From: Pocillopora damicornis
Lineage: Eukaryota
Reading direction: 5' to 3'
Length of the DNA stretch: 64,000 nucleotides
NCBI RefSeq assembly: GCF_003704095.1
Contig: NW_020843379.1
Location: 372,001-436,000, forward strand
The translations under genes were made by a program, and so were the position numbers. The notes beneath the pieces are model-generated. The model saw nothing but the letters and a program-made list of their open reading frames with translations, did no database searches and was not told where the DNA came from. Every line of letters begins with the position of its first letter. Within the stretch, counting starts at the first letter, position 1. Positions 1 to 10,215 of this stretch are shown here, piece after piece.

Positions 1-787
1 AAAAGACACATATACCCATGTAATCAATACGAATTCCATGTAACATTCATGCTTACTTTCAATTCGTCGATTGATGAATGTTGTCGCTGCCGGTGTCATG
101 TGCCAACTAACTATGGATACAAGTCTGGTTAAGGTATTAAACACCATTACCTTAGCCACATATCAGCCTTTCTTTTTTTATTGTGATTGACTTTGTGCTC
201 AATTATCCCAAACTATCTAAACTCATTCACTGTCTTGTGTCTTTGACATGTACAAAATTTAATGTACAAATTCAGGACTTGTCGTATGCAGAACAAATAA
301 TTTGGTCCTATGCAAGAAATATGTCATCAAAATCTTAGGACTAAAAAAATTATGTAGTTGAATGCTGTAGAAAACAGAATCCAAAGTTCTTGTATAACAT
401 AAGATCTTGTTGAAACGCTTACAGCTTTGCTTGTGAAAGATCTGATCAGCAAATTTGGAGATTCAATCAAAAGATTTGGACTTGAAGATGGTACATGTTT
501 TAAATTTTTCTGCGGACCTAAATTTAGTCTTTGCTGAATCATTTATGCGTTTCATTTGGAGCAATATTACACAAAAATCTCCCTTTTTATTCCAAGACTT
601 AAAGCTAAAGTTATACTGATTGGCTGTAAACCTTCCTGTTAATACTTTTCTGGGAAGTGAAATCTAATGACTTATGTTGCAAAGCAGTTTGTCTGTTTGC
701 TGTCAAATGATAATGAGGTGCTTTCCTTTTTGATGAGATGTTATTAAAAGAGACATAAGTTGTAGAAAATGATTACATTTAGTCAAC

Positions 788-1170
788 CAGAGCTCTCAAG
801 TCCATTTGCTGGCAAAGAGTGAAATGTCATGGGCATCACCTATGAAGGGTGGGAAGGGAAAGAGGGTATGGGGGCATGTTTCCTCTGAAAATTGTAAAAA
901 AAAATGAAATAGCCAAGATGTGCATTTCTTTAGTCTGAGAGAGAATTTCTGCTATTGAAAAGTGTGCCAAGTGAGTGCACAGGGAAATTTTATTTGGAAG
1001 GATAACTAATGTTATAGGTACTTTATGAAAGCAGCAGTTTCCTTTCACAAAATATACAGAATAAATTAAAAACCTTAAAGGAGTTAGCAATAATGGCTTT
1101 AGCATGAGAGTGTAAGATTGAATTTGTTTGCATGAGTCTCACAATCAATGCATGAGACTGGAGAGCTCTG
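788..1170. mobile_element. Non-autonomous DNA transposon (MITE)
   Basis: TIRs CAGAGCTCTC...GAGAGCTCTG, flanked by the direct repeat AGTCAAC (781-787 and 1171-1177). Confidence 0.7.
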
Positions 1171-2122
1171 AGTCAACTCAACACATTAAGCTGCTACAGC
1201 ATATTTTGCTTTTGTTTCTTTTATTTACCCAGTAATTTAGAGGGGATTCTTCAATTCATGCCATTTATTTTTTAATAGTAACTGTAAATTTTTAGTGGGT
1301 AGGGAGGTTCAATGTAAAAGGAAATGATAGGATTAGGGCTGGTAAAAAAATTTCCAAAGTTAAATATGTTTGTTCTATCTTAGAATAATGTTCACCAACC
1401 AAGTGTCAAGCACAAAAGCAAAATCAAATAGTGGAATTTAATACAATTAAAATTGAGCAACTGTATCTTCAAATGGTTTAAGAACAAAGAGACAATTGTA
1501 ATACTGTAAATAATGCTGTCTCTACTGCCTCAGGTGTAAACTTCACTAGTAACTTCTATTTTTTATCGGGCAAACCCCTTGAGGACACTATGACACTGTT
1601 TAAACAACAGCTCAACAGAATTGCCAATTACTCCTGCAAAACAACCTTAAATCTATGATAGATTTTGTTTTCGTGACATTATTTCAACACCAAAAGCTGT
1701 ATCAATTTGTTCTACATAAGAAAGAGCTGACAATATAATCAAGTGTGAGCTGGTTATTGAGTCTCCCTTGGTTTTAGAACCTATAAGGGATGGTGTAGGA
1801 GTGTTTGGGATGAAGAACAGAGAATTTAACAAATTGAACAGATGGAGTGAAAGTGCCACCAGGTTAACTTGACTGTGAATGCAACCATTGACCAGGTAGC
1901 AAGTTAAATTAAGAAGTAATGTTCATTCTAAGAAGTTGTGCTACCTAATTCACCTCAGAACTGTTCTTACTTGAATCAGTCTATTTCAATGTGTATTACG
2001 CTCTGTGTCAAGAATGACACATTTTATGGGAACAAAAGTGTAGCAATATGCTACAAAAGAAAAAATAGTTGAGCACATCTATTTCATTATGAAACGGGTG
2101 ATCATTATAGAGTTGAATCTGT

Positions 2123-2586
2123 CAGAGCGTGAAATTAATTTTTTTTTCTGATAGCCACTTGGCTCCTAAATTCATCAAAGNNNNNNNNNNNNNNNNNNNN
2201 NNNNNNNNNNNNNNNNNNNNNNNNNNNNNNNNNNNNNNNTTTTTACGCTGTCATCGTTCTAGAAATTAAGTTAGGGAAAAGATCTTTAAGGTGCTACAAA
2301 GTGGACACTAGGATGGATGATATGCAANNNNNNNNNNCACCTAAATCCAAGATGGCATCTAGCTAGTTATCAATCAAGATGCATCTGCTGCATTTTGGAA
2401 ACAAACTTAACAAGGAAGTTTGCTGCAGATTTTTCTTTGCAAATCTTTTAAATTCACTATATCTCTAGGTAAGGTTATGATGAAACATTCTAGTCACCAA
2501 TTTGNNNNNNNNNNNNNNNNNNNNNGTCACCAAAGTGAAAAATTTAGTCACATTGGCACCTGTATTAGGTGCAATTTCACGCCCTG
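2123..2586. mobile_element. ~465-bp MITE with CAGGGCGTGAAATT-type TIRs and 5-bp TSD (hAT5-like)
   Basis: Ends CAGAGCGTGAAATT / AATTTCACGCCCTG, with TCTGT on both flanks. An inverted homologue lies at 46473-46939. Confidence 0.8.
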
Positions 2587-5175
2587 TCTGTATTAGTGGC
2601 CCTGTATTAAACAGTCACCCTGTTATAAAACGGTTAGTTGTCAGTTTTTCTCCCCTTAATCACTATTACAGTAATTTTCACCTCTATTAAGTGGTCATGG
2701 TCATGAGTCCCAGCTTCTGGTTTGTATTGTATTGTCTTCTACTTGCAAATGTTGAACAGTCACTAAAGAAGAGCCTCTCAAATAAAACTAGAGATAGTAC
2801 TCTGAGTTCAAATGTGCTCAACGTATAGAAAATTATCTAATTCTTCTTAGAACTGTGGGGACAAATATTATGCACAAATATTGCGCAAGTCAATTGGCCT
2901 GTAGTTATGACCTAGAATTCCAACTTATAGACAATAGTCTACAATAATCCTGCTCTAGTCTTCTTGTTTGGTGCTTTGTCAATCTTCATCAATCACTGCT
3001 ATTCAACACTGATACTGTTCTCTTTTCTATTTAGGAAAGAGCAATATATTACAAAAATGAAATCCAACAAGCTGTCCAGCAACTGGAGCAGCAGTTTTAG
3101 GAGTTTGACCCATCACCAGAAAACTTATCCACAGAAAATGTAGCCACAATTGTGGCTAATGTTATTGCTAAAAAGGCTGCTGTGAAAAGTGCCACTATCA
3201 GTTATAAAATTGAAGAAATACATCATTCTTTCAAATTCAAGTATACAAGGTTAGTCACGACAGATGAATGATAAGGAAGGTGAAAAATCTGCAGATTCCA
3301 GTCGTCGTTCCAAAGGAAATTCTAGAAAGTAGTGATCTCATTGCACAANNNNNNNNNNCAGTTGTAAATGTACTTTGGTATTATCATGTTGCTTTCAGAG
3401 AAGTTATTTCAGAGAGAATTTTACATCATTATTTATCACTGGATTAATCAACATTGTGAGCTAATTATATGTAGCTTTACAGACTCAGAGTTGATTTTTC
3501 TTCTTTTCAAACTTATGATTGCTAATGCTTTAAATTTCCAATGAACCTCTATCACAACATCCACTTAATTTTTCTTTCCTTTTGCTTAACATTAAATTGT
3601 CAGGTTGTTGATTCTTAGAAGAAAATGTGTGTATGCAAAAGCTTGCAAAATTTGTCCACTACAAAACAAATATAATTTTTGGCATCACTTGGCGTTTCTA
3701 AACAAATAGAGATATTTCTCAAACAGCTTTGAATAAGGTTTTCTGTGAAATTGAGTGGAAACTGGGAGAAGCCCTGCTCTGCATAAGTATCTTTCTTCAT
3801 GAGATATTCACACCCAAGATCTCACTAGTAATTCTCCTTTCTGTCTGCCATACAATTCTTATGATGTTAGCTCAAAGAATTTGGTATTGGGTCAACTAAT
3901 ATTACCCTCATGGACATTTCCTTTATTCTTATTACTTGTCTGCTTGATATTGTATTGACATTGTAAGGAGAAATTCTGTCTTTATTAGTTATGGGAATTA
4001 AAGGGTTTTTAAAAGAGATTAAAAGATATGTTCAATAAAAGTGTTTGGACACAGAAATTCTAATCACCTGCTTTTTCAAAAAAAGTTTGTAGAGATTAAA
4101 AGCATTCTTTCAAAAAAGTGGAGAGTTACATTTTAATTGTAAAGTCGTGCAAAAATCATGAAAACTGGAAATGAAAGTGTTACAAAAAAATGAGAAGTCT
4201 TAAGTGTTATGTTTTTTCTTCAAGCTGCAACAAATGGAAATCTTTTTGAGATTTTCTTGTCTCCTCTTCCCATTCTTTTTGCCTGTGGAATTCATTTTTT
4301 TACTTGGATTTACTCTTCTGTTAATTTTTGTGTGTGCAGAGATCCACTGATTTCATAAATCTTGCCTTTAAAAAGGTTAAAAGGTGTCCTTTAAGTGGCC
4401 AGGAACCTTACCAAGGAAATATGCTACATTGATTTCATGTCACTTGATATTCTACTGTTGGTTCAAAACATGGTGTTGAATTTTTGTCCAGGATTAAAAG
4501 GAGGAGGAGAAAATTGTTTAATTTGAGATAGGGTAAGGATTTTCTTTAGAGGTGCTTCATACCCTCACCTTGAAGGCTAAATATATCACCACACAAAGTT
4601 GCAATAGGTTTACAAAGTTTATTCTACAATGATAATATTTTGCCAGAAGTGTGAAACTACTTGAACCGGTTCAATCGAAAAAAAAATTATTGAAAACACG
4701 ACCAATGAAAAAAAAAACTGCAATCCATCAAGCAATCTGTAGTAGATACACTCATCTGCTCCGCTTAAAATCTCCATTTACATTTCATGCAATCAAAACA
4801 TACATAAGCATGGAGAGAATTTAGGATCAAAACTCACCAATCATAAATTGACGAAGTTTCCTGAGAGGTCCGAGGTTTGATTGTTCTCTCTGCAGTAAGC
4901 TTTGTGTTTTTACTTCAATGTTATTGGTTCGTTTATACAAGAAAACTAGTTTGACATCCTCTGTTCTCAATAAACATCTTCATTGGTTCATTTTTTTTCA
5001 TTTCGATCCGATTCAAATAATCTCGCTGCTTTGTGCAGAGTTAGTTTTCTCTCATTCACGTTTTTGTTTTGAGTCTTTGGGTTTAGTTGTCACTGAGCTG
5101 GTTACCTCACGGATATTTTGAATAGTAAGTGGTTGAAATAATTTAGTTTTAGTTTTAAATTGGAATTGGTGAACC

Positions 5176-5425
5176 CTAAATAAATAGCTCACACTTCGAC
5201 TGGTTATTGCGAGGAAAATTGAGTGCATGTTGCTTAACTTTTTCTGTGTTGAGATAATTCCATGCAAGGTATAATTTTCGTTGCTGACAGTTGTTGTTGT
5301 TGATGGCTTCNNNNNNNNNNTGTGCTCCAATGTCTGAGATGTTATTTATTGAGAGGTCTAACGTGCGTAGCTGACGGTTGTTGTTGTTGATGGCTTCAGC
5401 CAAGTGCTGTGCTCCAATGTCTGAG
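5176..5425 (-). CDS. C-terminal LRR fragment of an NLR (5' part lost in a gap)
   Basis: SDIGAQHLAEAINNNNRQLRTLDLSINNIS... RI-like LRRs ending at a stop at 5176; same repeat as in the neighbouring NLRs. Confidence 0.75.
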
Positions 5426-5526
5426 ANNNNNNNNNNNNNNNNNNNNNNNNNNNNNNNNNNNNNNNNNNNNNNNNNNNNNNNNNNNNNNNNNNNNNNNNNN
5501 NNNNNNNNNNNNNNNNNNNNNNNNNN

Positions 5527-8048
5527 TATACGATTGTCACAATCAACGAGCGGCAAAGAAAACCTACTGGATGTACGCTGCCCTTGGTGTGAATGGAATT
5601 CTTGTCATTACTATTCTGGTTGAAATCGTTTACCTTTTTTCACGGGCATNNNNNNNNNNNNNNNTCATGCAAGACTCAATGTTTCTTAAAACCCACTTCG
5701 GTCTCAACCAACACCTAGGTGGAAGGGACGAAACAATTCCACTCACTGAAACAGACACTGAAGAACTCCAAGAACGAAAGTTTCACGAATTCATCAAACG
5801 NNNNNNNNNNNNNNNNNNNNNNNNNNNNNNNNNNNNNNNNNNNNNNNNNNNNNNNNNNNNNNNNNNNNNNNNNNNNNNNNNNNNNNNNNNNNNNNNNNNN
5901 NNNNNNNNNNNNNNNNNNNNNNNNNNNNNNNNNNNNNNNNNNNNNNNNNNNNNNNNNNNNNNNNNNNNNNNNNNNNNNNNNNNNNNNNNNNNNNNNNNNN
6001 NNNNNNNNNNNNNNNNNNNNNNNNNNNNNNNNNNNNNNNNNNNNNNNNNNNNNNNNNNNNNNNNNNNNNNNNNNNNNNNNNNNNNNNNNNNNNNNNNNNN
6101 NNNNNNNNNNNNNNNNNNNNNNNNNNNNNNNNNNNNNNNNNNNNNNNNNNNNNNNNNNNNNNNNNNNNNNNNNNNNNNNNNNNNNNNNNNNNNNNNNNNN
6201 NNNNNNNNNNNNNNNNNNNNNNNNNNNNNNNNNNNNNNNNNNNNNNNNNNNNNNNNNNNNNNNNNNNNNNNNNNNNNNNNNNNNNNNNNNCTCAAGGAAC
6301 TGTTAATTCAGTCCGAGTATTTCCCAACAGATCAGCTAGATGACAAGGTCTGGAATCACCTGCTTGAGAACCCCAAAGGTGTACTCATACTTTTTGACGG
6401 ATTCGACGAATTTAAACATGACGCAAACNNNNNNNNNNNNNNNNNNNNNNNNNNNNNNNNNNNNNNNNNNNNNNNNNNNNNNNNNNNNNNNNNNNNNNNN
6501 NNNNNNNNNNNNNNNNNNNNNNNNNNNNNNNNNNNNNNNNNNNNNNNNNNNNNNNNNNNNNNNNNNNNNNNNNNNNNNNNNNNNNNNNNNNNNNNNNNNN
6601 NNNNNNNNNNNNNNNNNNNNNNNNNNNNNNNNNNNNNNNNNNNNNNNNNNNNNNNNNNNNNNNNNNNNNNNNNNNNNNNNNNNNNNNNNNNNNNNNNNNN
6701 NNNNNNNNNNNNNNNNNNNNNNNNNNNNNNNNNNNNNNNNNNNNNNNNNNNNNNNNNNNNNNNNNNNNNNNNNNNNNNNNNNNNNNNNNNNNNNNNNNNN
6801 NNNNNNNNNNNNNNNNNNNNNNNNNNNNNNAGCAACTTGAATTTGCTCTCGCTGTGTTATGTCCCGGTCAACAGCTTTATCATCGGCACAAGTCTGTTAG
6901 AAATCAAGAGATTACAAGAGTCCGAAAGTTCCGCTGACTTTACCCTCCCTTCCAAATTAACATTGATATACAATATTGCAGTGAAANNNNNNNNNNTTAA
7001 ACATACAATAGAATTGTGCAATATTTTGTTTCCTCTCGAACATAATTTGCCCAAAGATGTACTGGAGAAGTTCAAGATACTAGGAAAAGTAGCCTTTGAC
7101 GGAATCAAAGATGGAAAACTGATCCTTGGNNNNNNNNNNNNNNNNNNNNNNNNNNNNNNNNNNNNNNNNNNNNNNNNNNNNNNNNNNNNNNNNNNNNNNN
7201 NNNNNNNNNNNNNNNNNNNNNNNNNNNNNNNNNNNNNNNNNNNNNNNNNNNNNNNNNNNNNNNNNNNNNNNNNNNNNNNNNNNNNNNNNNNNNNNNNNNN
7301 NNNNNNNNNNNNNNNNNNNNNNNNNNNNNNNNNNNNNNNNNNNNNNNNNNNNNNNNNNNNNNNNNNNNNNNNNNNNNNNNNNNNNNNNNNNNNNNNNNNN
7401 NNNNNNNNNNNNNNNNNNNNNNNNNNNNNNNNNNNNNNNNNNNNNNNNNNNNNNNNNNNNNNNNNNNNNNNNNNNNNNNNNNNNNNNNNNNNNNNNNNNN
7501 NNNNNNNNNNNNNNTGAAGACGAACGAGAATTAGCAGTAACATTAATTAAATGTTTAAACGAAAATAGAAGAATGAAGTCAGAAGCACAGAGAAAACTTA
7601 AACAAATGAACTTTAATTGTGTAAATTTTTATCGTTGTCACATCACAGCTGTTGATTGCTCTTCGTTTGTAAATGTAATTAGTGTTCGACAAATTTCACA
7701 TTTAGATTTGAAATTCAATAACATTGATCCATTAGGTTGTCTTGAGATTTGTAAATTGTTAAAATGTAGTGAATCTCAACTGAGCTGGTTAAACCTCACA
7801 AGCAATCAATTGACAGATGAAGCAGCAAAGTATTTAGAGGACGCCATCAACAACAACAACTGTCAGCTACGCACGTTAAACCTCACAGACAATAACNNNN
7901 NNNNNNNNNNNNNNNNNNNNNNNNNNNNNNNNNNNNNNGCACTTGGCTGAAGCCATCAACAACAACAACTGTCAGCTACACACGTTAAACCTTACATACA
8001 ATGACATCTCAGACATTGGAGCACAGCACTTGGCTGAAGCCATCAACA
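5527..8048 (+). CDS. Connexin-like-4TM/NACHT/LRR NLR paralogue (gapped, partial)
   Basis: Sequenced islands give, in order: DCHNQRAAKKTYWMYAALGVNG (EL2/TM4), GVLILFDGFDE (Walker B), LLSLCYVPV and AFDGIK (helical and winged-helix region), then 29-aa LRRs. Colinear with the 10216-12875 copy. Confidence 0.8.
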
Positions 8049-8148
8049 NNNNNNNNNNNNNNNNNNNNNNNNNNNNNNNNNNNNNNNNNNNNNNNNNNNN
8101 NNNNNNNNNNNNNNNNNNNNNNNNNNNNNNNNNNNNNNNNNNNNNNNN

Positions 8149-9658
8149 CACTTTGACCGCAATCTTGTATATCGTGGTTAATTTGGAAGGCAGGGTAACA
8201 CTGCCGGAACTTTCGAACTGCATTATTTCTGACAGACTTGAGCACATGATGAAGCTGTNNNNNNNNNNNNNNNNNNNNNNNNNNNNNNNCATGTTGCTGC
8301 TGATGTGTCGCCATAGCGTTTCGCCTGCTTCCTTGTCATCTCCAGCGAATTTATCGATATACTCTTTAATTTGCTCGGTTGAGAAGCCAAGGATTTCAAN
8401 NNNNNNNNNTTTGAAGCGGCTTTTTATCTTCAATGCTTCTGGGATAAGTGGACGCCGCGGTTATGTTTTCGTTATGTTCGAATTCGTCGAATCCGTCAAA
8501 AAGCATGAGAACACCTTCAGGGTTCTTNNNNNNNNNNNNNNNNNNNNNNNNNNNNNNNNNNNNNNNNNNNNNNNNNNNNNNNNNNNNNNNNNNNNNNNNN
8601 NNNNNNNNNNNNNNNNNNNNNNNNNNNNNNNNNNNNNNNNNNNNNNNNNNNNNNNNNNNNNNNNNNNNNNNNNNNNNNNNNNNNNNNNNNNNNNNNNNNN
8701 NNNNNNNNNNNNNNNNNNNNNNNNNNNNNNNNNNNNNNNNNNNNNNNNNNNNNNNNNNNNNNNNNNNNNNNNNNNNNNNNNNNNNNNNNNNNNNNNNNNN
8801 NNNNNNNNNNNNNNNNNNNNNNNNNNNNNNNNNNNNNNNNNNNNNNNNNNNNNNNNNNNNNNNNNNNNNNNNNNNNNNNNNNNNNNNNNNNNNNNNNNNN
8901 NNNNNNNNNNNNNNNNNNNNNNNNNNNNNNNNNNNNNNNNNNNNNNNNNNNNNNNNNNNNNNNNNNNNNNNNNNNNNNNNNNNNNNNNNNNNNNNNNNNN
9001 NNNNNNNNNNNNNNNNNNNNNNNNNNNNNNNNNNNNNNNNNNNNNNNNNNNNNNNNNNNNNNNNNNNNNNNNNNNNNNNNNNNNNNNNNNNNNNNNNNNN
9101 NNTTCTCGGAGTTCTTCAGTGTCTCTTTCAGTGAGTGGCATAGTTTCGTTCGTGCCATCCAGGTGTTGGTTGAGACTTAGATGGGTTTTTAGAAACTTTG
9201 AGTCTTCCATGAAACTCCTCTCAATGCATGCCCGTGAAAAAAGGTAGACGGTTTCAACCAGAGTCCCAGCAACAATAATTCCATTCACCGCAAGGACAGC
9301 GTACATCCAGAAGGTTTTCTTTACAGCTCGTTGATTGTGACAGTCGAGTAAAGTAGAGTTTTGGGCGTTGTCAGATGAATTGCTTGGCTGAGTGGTTCCA
9401 TCGGTTAAATAACAGTTAAACTGAGNNNNNNNNNNNNNNNNNNNNNNNNNNNNNNNNNNNNNNNNNNNNNNNNNNNNNNNNNNNNNNNNNNNACAATTCT
9501 TATCGATAGTTGAGAGCAGTAAGCGATAAAAAGCTTGTTTCCAGTTGATGACGCAGTATCTTGGTCGAGCAGATGATCGACTTTGGGTCTTACTATTTGG
9601 GAGTAAATAGCACATACAAATGCGATAAGGAGTAAATTGAGGATTACGAAGCCATAGA
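8149..9658 (-). CDS. Connexin-like-4TM/NACHT NLR paralogue (gapped, partial)
   Basis: Islands translate to YGFVILNLLLIAFVCAIYSQ...GNKLFIAYCSQLSIRIV, FNCYLTDG...DCHNQRAVKKTFW, NPEGVLMLFDGFDE and EILGFSTEQIKEY. Frame changes occur only across N-gaps. Confidence 0.8.
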
Positions 9659-10215
9659 NNNNNNNNNNNNNNNNNNNNNNNNNNNNNNNNNNNNNNNNNN
9701 NNNNNNNNNNNNNNNNNNNNNNNNNNNNNNNNNNNNNNNNNNNNNNNNNNNNNNNNNNNNNNNNNNNNNNNNNNNNNNNNNNNNNNNNNNNNNNNNNNNN
9801 NNNNNNNNNNNNNNNNNNNNNNNNNNNNNNNNNNNNNNNNNNNNNNNNNNNNNNNNNNNNNNNNNNNNNNNNNNNNNNNNNNNNNNNNNNNNNNNNNNNN
9901 NNNNNNNNNNNNNNNNNNNNNNNNNNNNNNNNNNNNNNNNNNNNNNNNAGCTTGAATAAACAGCTAATGCGGCTTTGGTCTATTTGTAGCGCATGATAGT
10001 ACTTTTATTTGATTGGCTTTTTTGGAAACTTTTAACTGTCAAAACGACAATGGATTCTTTGTGCATGTTATTGTTCTACATAAGAAACACTTGTCAGAAG
10101 CTGAGACGGTTATAGNNNNNNNNNNNNNNNNNNNNNNNNNNNNNNNNNNNNNNNNNNNNNNNNNNNNNNNNNNNNNNNNNNNNNNNNNNNNNNNNNNNNN
10201 NNNNNNNNNNNNNNN

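Larger units (their letters stand above)
276..3271 (+). pseudogene. Decayed multi-exon gene resembling the CLAMP/C1a-32 family (C8orf74/CFAP119-like)
   Basis: Exon-like blocks with AG/GT ends at about 276-490, 1570-1894 and 3035-3271. 1646-1717 reads LKSMIDFVFVTLFQHQKLYQFVLH, resembling the family motif F-x-H-Y-K-L-Y-x-[FY]-V-[LF]. There are in-frame stops (e.g. TAG 3098-3100) and frameshifts. Confidence 0.4.

Noticed and set aside
3035-3271. Stop-codon readthrough or selenoprotein exon
   Set aside because: The stop is TAG, not TGA, and neighbouring exons carry further stops and frameshifts; pseudogene is simpler.
5358-9247. Many long ORFs in the track running through X residues
   Set aside because: Artefacts of N-gaps. 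Only the sequenced islands were interpreted, and frame changes across gaps are not evidence of frameshifts.
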